Source of the DNA: a virus | Taxonomy: Duplodnaviria > Caudoviricetes | Reading direction: 5' to 3' (one strand) | IMG/VR virus record: IMGVR_UViG_3300035015_000011 | Coordinates: 1 to 53,987 of that record | Length of the DNA: 53,987 bases | Shown: positions 1 to 8,842 of the stretch, piece after piece | How the letters are laid out: every line of letters begins with the position of its first letter | Position numbering within the stretch: position 1 is the stretch's first letter | Notes under the pieces: generated by a model | The model's input: the letters and a program-made list of their open reading frames with translations, nothing else | The model's database searches: none | Told to the model about the DNA's origin: nothing | Translations under genes and position numbers: made by a program

Positions 1-1086
1 CTAGTGGCCCTCTGACGACGTTCTCGTCTTCTTCCCCTTGAAGGCCTGGATCACCTTCGCCTCGTTCTCGACGTGGCGCGTATAGTGCGCGCCCATGCGC
101 TCGGACTTGTCGCCGAGCGCTGCTGCGACTTGGCCAGCGTCAGCGCCGGATCTCCTGAGGTCTGCGGCGTAGGTCACGCGAAGGCCGTGCAGCGTCGTCT
201 TGGCGCCTATCAATCCATCCTTCTCCAGCTTGCGAAGGAAGTGGCTGACCTCGGTCTGCATCTGGACTTCATTGTCCCAGGGCTGGCCGCTCGCCTTCGT
301 GGCGATGTGCAGCGCTGACCTGGTGCAGGCCTTCAGATAGTCTTGCAGCTCGATCGCTGCCGGCACCCAGAGGATCTCGCCGTTCTTGCGGGTGACGGTG
401 CGGAAGCATTTCCCATAGGATGCGTCGTCCTGATATTCGCGCCAGGTTAGCGTTGCGATCGTCTGGCCCCGGAATCCGGCGTAGCGGGCGAGATAGAGGA
501 TCCGCCTGATATGGTCAGGGGCGGCGTCCATTGCGGCCTTGACCTCGTCGGCCATCCATTCCCGGTTGGCCTGTTTCGAGGCTTTGTGAGCCTTGTCGAG
601 GCCCTTGGCCGGATTCATCGAAATCTTGCCGCGGCGTGCGGCCTGGCTGAACATCGAGGAAAGTGCTGCGACCATGTTGTCGGCGAAGCGCGGCCACTTC
701 TCCCGGGCGCAGCGATCGCGGATGTCGTAAATGTCGGCCTGGGTGATTTCGTTGACCGGATAGTCGAACTCCGGCTTGAGGTATTTGAAGGCGGACGAAT
801 AGCTCTTCTTGGTCGCCTCTGACAGCGTCTGGTATTTCGGGCAGTCGGTCTCGTACCATTGCACGATCGAGCCCAGCGTGCCCTCGGGGTAGATGCGGGT
901 GAGGTCGCGGATGCGGCGGGCGTTATACAGCGCGATCATGTCGGGCATCGCGAGGCGCTTCATCAGCTCGTCGCGCGTGCCGTCGAAGCCGCCGAGCAGC
1001 TTCTCCTTCGTGCCACGGATATAGACGTAGAAGCGGCCGCGCGCGCGGACAATGTTAAGCCCTTCGAGCTTCACCTTCACCACCAT
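1..1086 (-). CDS. int: Tyrosine recombinase / phage integrase
   Basis: Catalytic motifs RYAGFRG (R), TRKNG (K), LHGLR (HxxR), ALGD (usual LGH position) and HYT (Y); sits at the prophage end. Confidence 0.95.
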   Translation of the reverse strand: MVVKVKLEGLNIVRARGRFYVYIRGTKEKLLGGFDGTRDELMKRLAMPDMIALYNARRIRDLTRIYPEGTLGSIVQWYETDCPKYQTLSEATKKSYSSAFKYLKPEFDYPVNEITQADIYDIRDRCAREKWPRFADNMVAALSSMFSQAARRGKISMNPAKGLDKAHKASKQANREWMADEVKAAMDAAPDHIRRILYLARYAGFRGQTIATLTWREYQDDASYGKCFRTVTRKNGEILWVPAAIELQDYLKACTRSALHIATKASGQPWDNEVQMQTEVSHFLRKLEKDGLIGAKTTLHGLRVTYAADLRRSGADAGQVAAALGDKSERMGAHYTRHVENEAKVIQAFKGKKTRTSSEGH

Positions 1087-1321
1087 TCAGTCGATCCCCG
1101 AATTTCCGACGGGGCATGTTATCCTGCTTGTTCGGATCAAGCGAGAGCATCCATTCGTCCAGGCGCTGGCGCAGATACCGCTCGCCGCGGGCGGAATCGG
1201 TGTAGCGCAGCGGCTTCACCGGGCAGACGGCGTCGAAGGTGTCGACGCATATGCCGCAATAGGCGGCGGCCATCTTGCGGTTCATTGCCGCCGGCCAATA
1301 GGGCAGATCGGTCCCGGTCAT
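1055..1321 (-). CDS. Probable excisionase / recombination directionality factor (88 aa)
   Basis: Small protein with MNRKMAAAYCG...RYLRQRLDEW winged-HTH-like pattern, overlapping the int start; ATG at 1321 with GGAAGG upstream. Confidence 0.7.
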   Translation of the reverse strand: MTGTDLPYWPAAMNRKMAAAYCGICVDTFDAVCPVKPLRYTDSARGERYLRQRLDEWMLSLDPNKQDNMPRRKFGDRLNGGEGEARRA

Positions 1322-1554
1322 GCCTTCCTCCCTTGCAGTTGCAGGTTCCAGAGATGGGCCGCCAGGATCGAGGCATCCTGGCAAGCGTTGCCGACGGTGA
1401 TGCGTCCGTTCGCTGTCAGAAAGCTCGCGCCGCATTCGAAGTCCGCACGGGCGTAGTGGGTCACGCCGTGGCGCCAGACGAGGTCAGTCCTCGGCGACTT
1501 GCAGCAAGGGCAGGCTTCGGTGGCAACGATCTTGTCGACGTGAGCGGCGGTCAT
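1318..1554 (-). CDS. Small Cys-rich protein, Lar (restriction alleviation)-like pattern
   Basis: MTAAHVDK start with GGAGG RBS; CPCC...ECGA...AAHLWN resembles the Lar CPxC...WN pattern; 4-bp overlap with the next gene. Confidence 0.5.
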   Translation of the reverse strand: MTAAHVDKIVATEACPCCKSPRTDLVWRHGVTHYARADFECGASFLTANGRITVGNACQDASILAAHLWNLQLQGRKA

Positions 1555-1646
1555 TTCACCCCACCTCCCTCGGTTGGGGCGATGGGTTTGGAAGCCCCAG
1601 CAGATTAGCGGCATGTTCACGGCTGATCTCGCCGGTCGTCTGAAAA

Positions 1647-3257
1647 TCAAGATGCAGTACATTGCAGAGCAGACCAGTTTCGACCCTGCTTTCGATCAAG
1701 GACAGTGCTTCGGACCATTGGCCACTGGAGAACTCTTCGCTCTCGACCAGATTTTGGTGGGCCTCGCCCCCCCCCCCAGACATCCACGCGGATTTTCCCT
1801 TCTCGCACTACTGGCGTGTCGCCAACCACATTCGGTTGAGGCGGTGGTGTCAGCGTGGAGAGGCGCTTAGCGAGCGCCGCCATGAAGCGCGCGAACTCTG
1901 GGTCGAGCTGTTCGCGTGACTGCATACGGCACTGAGCGGCAAAGTCTGCCAGCGACCATTCTTCAAACCGCCCGCCATCGATTTCCGGTGCCTCATGTTT
2001 CTCGGGCGCTGGTGTCTCGGCCTCCGAGGTGTCGATGGCATCGACAGCCGAGCGAAGCTCCTCGAAGGCATCGAACGGCACTATCCAGCACTTCTCGCCG
2101 CTACCGTCTTCGAAGCTCGCAAGGTGCCCGTTCCGTTTTTTGTAGGTGTCGAAAGCAGACGCAATTACATCACGAGCGGCTTGGACCAGCCCCCGCACAT
2201 TCGGTTGAGGCGGTGGTGTCAGCGTGGAGAGGCGCTTAGCGAGCGCCGCCATGAAGCGCGCGAACTCTGGGTCGAGCTGTTCGCGTGACTGCATACGGCA
2301 CTGAGCGGCAAAGTCTGCCAGCGACCATTCTTCAAACCGCCCGCCATCGATTTCCGGTGCCTCATGTCGAGAGGGCGGCGGCTCGATGGCTCTATCCCAG
2401 CACTCTGCGCTGCAGACCCAGCGGCCATCCTCAAGCTCGCATTCGGTCCCGCCGTCGCCTTCTACCGTCGAAAGCCCTTTCTTGCCGCACATGCAGCACT
2501 GCGGTGCCACAGGTTTCTCGGCTGCTGGGCTCGACTGAGTTAACTCTGCAAGACGGCCGCCTTTTGCGATGTCCCACCAAGGCAGCCAAGCGAGGGTGTC
2601 AGCGAATTCCGGCGACTGTTCGAGGGCGACTTCGTAAACCTCCTTGAGGTGCTGCAGGTTTCGCGCCTCGTGCTTACTGATTGTTGCAAGCCTGGTCGGC
2701 TTCCCGACTACATGGTCAAATGCCTGCCGGGCTGCGAGGGCAGATCGCTTGAACTCTTCGTGCGCGTTCCAGCCCCCCACAATCGGTTGAGGCGGTGGTG
2801 TCAGCGTGGAGAGGCGCTTAGCGAGCGCCGCCATGAAGCGCGCGAACTCTGGGTCGAGCTGTTCGCGTGACTGCATACGGCACTGAGCGGCAAAGTCTGC
2901 CAGCGACCATTCTTCAAACCGCCCGCCATCGATTTCCGGTGCCTCATGTTTCTCGGGCGCTGGTGTCCGCCCAGGCGGCAGCCCGCAGTGATCACATGCG
3001 ACGGTCTTTCCGCCGTACTTGATCATGGGAAATTCGCACTGGCAGCGCGGCTGCGAGAATGGCACCAAATGTGGTGAGGGCGGTGGGGTGGGCGCCCGGA
3101 GATCAAGGTTTCCAGAAAGCTCTTTGTGAATAGCCTGCGCCGTACGGCGGGTAACTTCGTACCCGACCTCGCGGCCATCTGCGGTCGCTATCAGGAACTC
3201 AAACTGATCCTCGCTGTCATGGAAGCGACTGAGGGACACTCCGATGATTTCTTTCAT
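1647..3257 (-). CDS. Modular multi-domain hypothetical protein with three identical internal repeats; probably extends to 1556 if the G-tract is G10
   Basis: ATG at 3257 coupled to the HNH stop; three copies of HEAPEIDGGRFEEWSLADFAAQCRMQSREQLDPEFARFMAALAKRLSTLTPPPQP; Cys-rich modules and Pro-rich linkers. Confidence 0.75.
   Translation of the reverse strand: MKEIIGVSLSRFHDSEDQFEFLIATADGREVGYEVTRRTAQAIHKELSGNLDLRAPTPPPSPHLVPFSQPRCQCEFPMIKYGGKTVACDHCGLPPGRTPAPEKHEAPEIDGGRFEEWSLADFAAQCRMQSREQLDPEFARFMAALAKRLSTLTPPPQPIVGGWNAHEEFKRSALAARQAFDHVVGKPTRLATISKHEARNLQHLKEVYEVALEQSPEFADTLAWLPWWDIAKGGRLAELTQSSPAAEKPVAPQCCMCGKKGLSTVEGDGGTECELEDGRWVCSAECWDRAIEPPPSRHEAPEIDGGRFEEWSLADFAAQCRMQSREQLDPEFARFMAALAKRLSTLTPPPQPNVRGLVQAARDVIASAFDTYKKRNGHLASFEDGSGEKCWIVPFDAFEELRSAVDAIDTSEAETPAPEKHEAPEIDGGRFEEWSLADFAAQCRMQSREQLDPEFARFMAALAKRLSTLTPPPQPNVVGDTPVVREGKIRVDVWGGGRGPPKSGRERRVLQWPMVRSTVLDRKQGRNWSALQCTAS
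1767..1777 (-). repeat. Homopolymer G11 (C11 on the + strand) within coding sequence
   Basis: gcctcgCCCCCCCCCCCaga; a G10 tract would fuse the modular ORF to the 1556-1783 frame. Confidence 0.9.
1832..2949. repeat. Three identical 167-bp direct repeats (1832-1998, 2201-2367, 2783-2949) with unique spacers
   Basis: Base-by-base comparison shows identity from tcggttgagg to cctcatgt. Copies 1 and 3 share a further 18 bp. Start-to-start distances of 369 and 582 bp are both multiples of 3. Confidence 0.97.
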
Positions 3258-3556
3258 GAGAAAATCTCTCCGTTTCTGATGGTCTTCCAGGTCAACCAGT
3301 CGATCTCGCCGCGGTCGCGGTTGCAGGCAAAGCAAGCAAGCGCAATGTTATCTGGGCGGTTCGTCCCGCCCTCAGCCTTGCGGCGAAGATGCTCGATGGT
3401 TTCGGCGTCTTCAGGAATAGGACCCTCATCGGGATGCTTTTCCCACCGCGTCATTGGGCGCCCGCAGTAGCAGCAGGCTCCGCCCTGTGCCCGACGAAGC
3501 TTGGTTTTCAGGATGCCTCGGACCTTCGGAGACATCCTTGCGAGCCTCTTCGCCAT
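3254..3556 (-). CDS. HNH endonuclease
   Basis: CCYCG...TIEHL...GGTN..DNIALACFACN motif. Confidence 0.9.
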   Translation of the reverse strand: MAKRLARMSPKVRGILKTKLRRAQGGACCYCGRPMTRWEKHPDEGPIPEDAETIEHLRRKAEGGTNRPDNIALACFACNRDRGEIDWLTWKTIRNGEIFS

Positions 3557-3563
3557 GACGTTT

Positions 3564-4679
3564 TCAAACCCGCATCGGCATCAGCACGACGACGTTTTCC
3601 TTGTGATCTCCGTCGACGCGCAGGATGGCGGGTGAGCCGGCGTCGGTGACTTCCATCAGGAGCGGGCCGTCGGGGAGGGAGCCGATTGCTTCGAGCACGT
3701 ATTTCGCGTTGAAGCCTGTCTCCATCGCGGCGTTGCCGTCATAGGCCAAGGTCTCCTGGGCCGTGCCTGCGTCCGGATTGTTGACCTCAAGCGTGAGGGT
3801 CCCATCTTCGAAGCGGAATCGGGCGGCGCGGCCGCGCTCGCTGGAGATAACCGCGACGCGGTCGACCGCGGCTTTCAGGACCGCGCCGTCGAGCTCGGCC
3901 GTGCCGGTGTGGCTCTGCGGCACGACACGCTGATAATCCGGGAATGTACCGTCGATCAGCTTCGAGGTGATGGTGACCCCGGGCAGGCTGAACCGAACCT
4001 TCTGTGTCGAGGCTTCGACATGCACCTCGGCATCCTTGGCGCTCTTGTCGGACAGCAGCTTCAACAGGATGCCGACCGTCTTCCTGGGCAGGATGATGCC
4101 GGGAAGGTCGCCGGGGTCTGCCGAGACGAAACGCTTGGCGAGGCGGTGGCCATCGGTCGCCACCAGCATCATGCCGCCCTCGACCGGATGCAGGAAGATG
4201 CCGTTCAGGTAGTAGCGCGTCTCCTCGGTCGAGATGGCGAAGGCGACGGCGCCCATGGCCTTGGCGAGGTGTGCTGCGGGGACTGGGAAGCTCGCTGCGA
4301 AGCCGCCGGCCGTGAGGTCCGGGAAGTCGCTCGCGGGTAGGACCTGCAGCGCAAAGGTCGACCGACCCGCCGACAGCTTTACCTGGTTCAGATCCGGCCC
4401 CGCCGCCTTCACCGAAATCTCACATCCATCCGGCAGCTTGCCGACGATCTCGCGGAGCAGCCCGGCTGGCACGGTGAAGGGCTGGAAGCTCTGGTCGATA
4501 TCGGCCTCGAACAGAATGCGACCCTCGACGTCCATGTCGGTCATCCGGACCTCAAGCTCCGTCTTCGAGGCGCGCTCGATCAGCAGGTTCGACAGGATCG
4601 GAATGGTGTTGCGACGCTCGACGATGTCGCCAGACAGGGCGAGGGCTGATTTCAGGGCGGCTTTACTGGCCTTGAACAT
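3564..4679 (-). CDS. dnaN: DNA polymerase III beta sliding clamp, phage-borne
   Basis: ERRNTIPILSN, STEETRYYLNG, VATDGHRLA, KLIDGTFPDYQRV, GFNAKY and C-terminal VLMPMRV; 371 aa. Confidence 0.95.
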   Translation of the reverse strand: MFKASKAALKSALALSGDIVERRNTIPILSNLLIERASKTELEVRMTDMDVEGRILFEADIDQSFQPFTVPAGLLREIVGKLPDGCEISVKAAGPDLNQVKLSAGRSTFALQVLPASDFPDLTAGGFAASFPVPAAHLAKAMGAVAFAISTEETRYYLNGIFLHPVEGGMMLVATDGHRLAKRFVSADPGDLPGIILPRKTVGILLKLLSDKSAKDAEVHVEASTQKVRFSLPGVTITSKLIDGTFPDYQRVVPQSHTGTAELDGAVLKAAVDRVAVISSERGRAARFRFEDGTLTLEVNNPDAGTAQETLAYDGNAAMETGFNAKYVLEAIGSLPDGPLLMEVTDAGSPAILRVDGDHKENVVVLMPMRV

Positions 4680-5091
4680 GAGAGGTCTCCTGCAGGTGTC
4701 GGCGCCACTCGAAGAATCCGAGTGCGCCCTTGACGGCGATGAATGGGACGGGGCGCGGGTTGGCGAGGACGAAGCCATAGGGACCGAAAAACCACGGGCT
4801 CCCGTGATGCGTGACGCAGTCGACGATATCGACCACCCCCACGATGCCGCCGAGCTTCAGTTCGCTGCGTTCAGGGAAGGCGCGAAGGCGCTCGAAGCCC
4901 GCACCCGACATGCGGTATGTCTCAAGCCCATCGCGCCATTCGTTCAGGGTCATGCCCTTGGACGCATGGATGCAGACGGTCCCGCGCACCTTCGTCGACC
5001 AGCTGCGGTTTTCGACAGGCTTGCCGAAATGCAGGATGCAATGCGCCCAGGGCTGGCGGATCGATAGAGCGAGCTTTGGCAGCACTTCCAT
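4663..5091 (-). CDS. ASCH domain protein
   Basis: ALSIRQPWA...GKPVENRSW...IHAS...GGIVGVV...KGALGFF. Confidence 0.9.
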   Translation of the reverse strand: MEVLPKLALSIRQPWAHCILHFGKPVENRSWSTKVRGTVCIHASKGMTLNEWRDGLETYRMSGAGFERLRAFPERSELKLGGIVGVVDIVDCVTHHGSPWFFGPYGFVLANPRPVPFIAVKGALGFFEWRRHLQETSHVQGQ

Positions 5092-5092
5092 G

Positions 5093-5350
5093 TCAGCGAC
5101 CTTTCAGGCGCGCGGCGGCGATCTGGCCGGCCTCGGTGAGGTTGAGATTGGGGATCTGCCCACGGACCAGGCCGAGGCGGCGGAGGCGCGTGATCGTGAG
5201 GTCGGCTGCCTTCACCGGGCCGAGCATGACGCCGGCCATCGTGGTGTACTGGCGCCGGTAGTCACGGATGGCGAGCAGGGCCCTGCGCTCGCTGACATTC
5301 AGCGACTTCTTTGGGTCGGTGACGGCAGGATTGTCAGCGAGGCAGGTCAT
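5093..5350 (-). CDS. Hypothetical protein (small, basic, possibly winged helix)
   Basis: Tightly packed in the operon with GGAG RBS. Confidence 0.65.
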   Translation of the reverse strand: MTCLADNPAVTDPKKSLNVSERRALLAIRDYRRQYTTMAGVMLGPVKAADLTITRLRRLGLVRGQIPNLNLTEAGQIAAARLKGR

Positions 5351-5364
5351 GGCGATCGCTCCCG

Positions 5365-6309
5365 TCAGGCCGACATTTCCGGCTTGCCACGGAAGTGCGG
5401 CAGGTCGGTCGCTTCGGCGGCGCGTGCGAGGTCAGCCTCGATCTGGGTCGTGATGTAGACATCCGGACGGAAGATCTTGAACATCCACTTCACCTGGCCG
5501 CTGTTCACGCGGTAGCGCAGGCGAACGGGCATGCGGACCGGCTCGCCCATGAAAAAGGGCGGGATGGCGAGGATGAAGAGGCCGGGGACGGAGAGCTTGT
5601 TGCCGGCGGCGTCACGATGCTCCTCCTCGAAGAGCAGCTCGCCTTCGCCGGACTGAAGCGTGGTCGAGTTCTTGACGCGGCTTTCAACATTCACCTGCAG
5701 GCCGCGCGACAGCATGACCATCTTGTTCGGGCTGGCGACCGTCATGTTGAAGGTCTTCTCCAGTTCGTCGACCTCGTCGGCGGTCGGTGCTGCCAGTTCC
5801 GGAAGGTGTTCCTCGATCCACTCGGCAAAGGCCTTCTGGTCCATCTGCTGGCCGTCGAGCTTGATCCAGGCATCCCACTCATCGGACAGGGGGAATTCGT
5901 AGTGGACGCGGTGCTTGCCATTGTCGGGAGGGCCTGCCGGATCCTTGGTGTGATAGTCGACGACGGTCGTCAAAGACGGCTGACGCCAGTTGGTATCCGC
6001 GAAGATGACGCTCTCGACCGTCTTGTGGCGGTTGGTCAGCGCGATGAAGCTGTCGAGCGTGAAGACCTTGGCGATGCCGCTCTTGCGGGCGGGCCGGTCG
6101 CGATATTCTTCGAACAGGGGCTTGAGGCTTTTCGCCTGGCCTGACTTCCGGTCGATCAGAATGGGGAAGGTGCCGTCGATACCCAGCGCCTTGATCGTCG
6201 CGGGTTCGACGCTGGTGCCGGCGTCGTCGGCCATGCGGCGGATCGCCTCGATGTCGAGCGGGCCCGAGGCGGCGATCAGTTCGCCTGTGACTTCTGTGGT
6301 GGTGGTCAT
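5365..6309 (-). CDS. DUF2303 (YfdQ-like) phage protein
   Basis: SFIALTNRHK...VVDYH...HRVHY...SDEWDAW...MDQKAFAEWIE...IPPF...RLRYRV pattern. Confidence 0.8.
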   Translation of the reverse strand: MTTTTEVTGELIAASGPLDIEAIRRMADDAGTSVEPATIKALGIDGTFPILIDRKSGQAKSLKPLFEEYRDRPARKSGIAKVFTLDSFIALTNRHKTVESVIFADTNWRQPSLTTVVDYHTKDPAGPPDNGKHRVHYEFPLSDEWDAWIKLDGQQMDQKAFAEWIEEHLPELAAPTADEVDELEKTFNMTVASPNKMVMLSRGLQVNVESRVKNSTTLQSGEGELLFEEEHRDAAGNKLSVPGLFILAIPPFFMGEPVRMPVRLRYRVNSGQVKWMFKIFRPDVYITTQIEADLARAAEATDLPHFRGKPEMSA

Positions 6310-6334
6310 GCTGCTTTCCTCTTGGGGCTGGTGG

Positions 6335-6676
6335 TTACTGCTGACGGCCTTCGATCACGCGCGGACCGCCGAACATGTCGGTCTGTGCGGGATGTTCGGT
6401 GGAGAGCGCGCCTTCCTCGGTGGTCCAGAAGACGTCCAGGCGACGCGGGACCTTGGGCAGGGTCGATGCGATATCGTTGCTGATCGTGACCATGCCGTTC
6501 TCGACCGAGAGCTTCATTTTCAGGGTCAGCGATCCGGAGAACTTCTTCTTCGGATTGTCTTCCGACAGTTCGTGCAGGCGGGTGACGACCTTGGCGATCT
6601 CTCCGCTCAAGTCGACCTTCAGTTCGCCCTGTTCGAGAACGCCGATCAGGGTGTCGGCATCACGGATGAATTTCAT
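6335..6676 (-). CDS. Hypothetical phage protein, usual partner of DUF2303
   Basis: Strong RBS AAGGAG; GSLTLK...FWTTEEGALSTEHPAQTDMF pattern. Confidence 0.75.
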   Translation of the reverse strand: MKFIRDADTLIGVLEQGELKVDLSGEIAKVVTRLHELSEDNPKKKFSGSLTLKMKLSVENGMVTISNDIASTLPKVPRRLDVFWTTEEGALSTEHPAQTDMFGGPRVIEGRQQ

Positions 6677-6781
6677 GGTGTGGCTCCTTTCTTTGGTCTT
6701 CACGCTTGGCTCCAGACGGGGCGCGGGATGTCCCGCGACGGCCTACCGGCCTGTATGGGTGCCCGCCGCACCACCTCCTCG

Positions 6782-7270
6782 CTAAAAGGGGATGTCGTCG
6801 TCGAGGTCGCGGGAGAAGCTGCCGGTGGACTGGCCGCGCTGGGTGGACTGGCCGGTCTCGCGGGTGCGTTCCTGGCCGTAGTCGTCAGGACTGCCGGCCG
6901 CAGGCGGACGATTGCCGGAGGGCGAGCCGAGCATCACGAGCTGGCAGTTGAAGCCCTGCAGGATGATTTCGGTCGACCAGCGGTCGTTGCCGCTCTGATC
7001 CTGCCACTTGCGCGTGGCGAGCTGGCCTTGGATGAAGACGGACATTCCCTTCTTGAGGTACTGCTCGGCGACCTTGGCGAGGCCCTCGGTGAAGATGACG
7101 ACGGAGTGCCATTCGGTGCGCTCCTTCTTCTCGCCTGTGTTCCTGTCGCGCCAGCTTTCAGACGTGGCGATGCGCAGGTTCGCGATCGGGCTGCCGTCCT
7201 GCTTGCGCCGGATCTCGGGATCGGCGCCGAGATTGCCGATCAGCTGCACCTGGTTCAGATAGCCGGACAT
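6782..7270 (-). CDS. ssb: Single-stranded DNA-binding protein
   Basis: [14 protein letters not shown]...ATSESWRD...TEWH...acidic tail DLDDDIPF. Confidence 0.97.
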   Translation of the reverse strand: MSGYLNQVQLIGNLGADPEIRRKQDGSPIANLRIATSESWRDRNTGEKKERTEWHSVVIFTEGLAKVAEQYLKKGMSVFIQGQLATRKWQDQSGNDRWSTEIILQGFNCQLVMLGSPSGNRPPAAGSPDDYGQERTRETGQSTQRGQSTGSFSRDLDDDIPF

Positions 7271-7602
7271 CAGGCTTCCTCTCGTTGGGGTGAGGTGGCG
7301 CGCTGAATCATGGCTTGCCATTCGCGGAAGCCGGTCATCTTGCGATCCATGCGGGCGTTGTGGGTTTCGACGTCGAGATCGAGCAGCTCGAACAGCCACG
7401 AGATCGCGGCGTCGATGTCCGCCAGTTCCTCGGCGAGGCGTCCGATATTCGGCTGGCCGGTTTTCGGATCTCGGGCTGCGAGGCCTTGGATCAGGCAGCG
7501 CGCCAGGATCTGGGATGCCTCTCCGCATTCTTCGGCGGCCTTGCCGAGCGCCTGGTGCGTGACCGGATCAGGCTCCGGCAGCCAGAGCGTGATTTCAGCC
7601 AT
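7270..7602 (-). CDS. MazG-like nucleotide pyrophosphohydrolase
   Basis: EECGE...EELAD acidic motifs of the all-alpha NTP-PPase fold. Confidence 0.7.
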   Translation of the reverse strand: MAEITLWLPEPDPVTHQALGKAAEECGEASQILARCLIQGLAARDPKTGQPNIGRLAEELADIDAAISWLFELLDLDVETHNARMDRKMTGFREWQAMIQRATSPQREEA

Positions 7603-7780
7603 GGTCACCGCTCCTGTCGCGCTTCACCTTGTCGATGATGCCGGCGTGACGAGCCTTGGCCTGCTCGCGGGCGTCGTTGGGGTCGCTCGCGCGAACGCTC
7701 AGGATCTCGCCGTCCTCGAAATGGACGCGGAAGGTTATGAGCGGAGCGTCCGCTTCGGGCGTGCGATCAGGCCTGGACAT
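7595..7780 (-). CDS. Hypothetical protein (61 aa)
   Basis: GAGGAGG RBS, overlaps both neighbours. Confidence 0.7.
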   Translation of the reverse strand: MSRPDRTPEADAPLITFRVHFEDGEILSVRASDPNDAREQAKARHAGIIDKVKRDRSGDHG

Positions 7781-8117
7781 GGCGCGCCTCCTCGGCGGTG
7801 GCGCGCGGCGTCAGATTGCCGATCAGAGCCAGCAGGGCGCTGGCTAGGCGCAGTTCGATGCCGGGGCTGGTCAGCACACGCGCATCGCCTTCGATGACGG
7901 CGACGGCCAAAGCCTCCGCGCCATCAAGATCAAGCGGGCCGGCCAGAAGCTCACCCGTCGGGCCCGCAAGCACGACGGCACCAGCACCATAGGCCAGCGT
8001 GCGCGGGCTGCCGTCCTTGGCAACACCGTCGGTGACAGTGTCGCCCGCCAGCGTCTGACGCAGGTTTCTTCCGTTGGCGAAAGTCTTGATAGGGCCTGAG
8101 GTCAGGATCTCGGTCAT
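7767..8117 (-). CDS. Hypothetical protein
   Basis: ATG at 8117 coupled to the upstream stop, AAGGAG RBS. Confidence 0.7.
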   Translation of the reverse strand: MTEILTSGPIKTFANGRNLRQTLAGDTVTDGVAKDGSPRTLAYGAGAVVLAGPTGELLAGPLDLDGAEALAVAVIEGDARVLTSPGIELRLASALLALIGNLTPRATAEEARHVQA

Positions 8118-8842
8118 CGGGTCTTCTCCTTTGCTGCAGGACCTGGCCGGTTGGCCGGGGCGAAGGCGCTGTAGTCGCGCTCCATCACGCCGGACGAGGC
8201 GACGCGTTCGCGGCCGATCAGCCGTTCCAGCAATTCGAGCCAGGCGAACTCGGCCTTGGCGGGCATCCATGGCTTGATGGTGCCGGCGATCGGCGGGCGG
8301 GTGAGACCGCGACGGAACCCCGGCCATTTCGCCGCCTCTTCGCCCAGCAGCTCGCGCGCCTCGGTGGCGGTGAGGCGATCGCCCATGCCGTTGATGACGG
8401 CGCTCCACGACCGCTTCCACGCCGTGGGCGCGGGCAGGCCTGCCGCCTCGTAGACAGCCTCGTCCCAGCCTGCGCGCATGTCGGCAATGGTTTCGAGGAA
8501 GCGCGTGGCCTCCTCGATGCCGTAGCGGGAGCCGAGCGTTACCTCGACGAGCTCGATGCTTGGCTGAGACAGATCGCCCAGGAAAGCGACATTGGCCGTG
8601 CGCAGCAGGAAGAGAGCCGCGATCATCTCGGGCGCGCCTTCGCGCAGGAGGGCGTCAGCGCCATGCACCGCATGCTGCGCAAAGGAATATGTGCCGGCGA
8701 AGGGAAGCCCATTGAAGCGCGGGATGCGCGACAGCTGCCCGGCCATGACGCGAAAGTTCACCTCGTCGACGACCGGGCGCGCAAGATCTAGGCCCGTGCC
8801 ATTGGCGCGAAAGGCAAAGACGGACGTGGCCAGCGGCTTCAT
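8114..8842 (-). CDS. HD-domain-like (YfbR/YfdR-type) protein with degenerate active site
   Basis: LSRIPRFNG...YSFAQHAV...LLRTANVAFLGD, where the family has LLHDAxEAYxGD. Confidence 0.65.
   Translation of the reverse strand: MKPLATSVFAFRANGTGLDLARPVVDEVNFRVMAGQLSRIPRFNGLPFAGTYSFAQHAVHGADALLREGAPEMIAALFLLRTANVAFLGDLSQPSIELVEVTLGSRYGIEEATRFLETIADMRAGWDEAVYEAAGLPAPTAWKRSWSAVINGMGDRLTATEARELLGEEAAKWPGFRRGLTRPPIAGTIKPWMPAKAEFAWLELLERLIGRERVASSGVMERDYSAFAPANRPGPAAKEKTR

Noticed and set aside
60-130. Inactive integrase, because LGH reads LGD
   Set aside because: That position is the variable one among tyrosine recombinases; R, K, HxxR and Y are intact.
1832-2949. CRISPR array or diversity-generating retroelement
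   Set aside because: Repeats are 167 bp and protein-coding, spacers are 200-400 bp, there is no cas or reverse transcriptase gene in the window, and there is no adenine-specific variation.
6700-6781. 24-codon mini-ORF or structured RNA downstream of ssb
   Set aside because: RBS spacing is poor and only short GC hairpins are present; not enough support.
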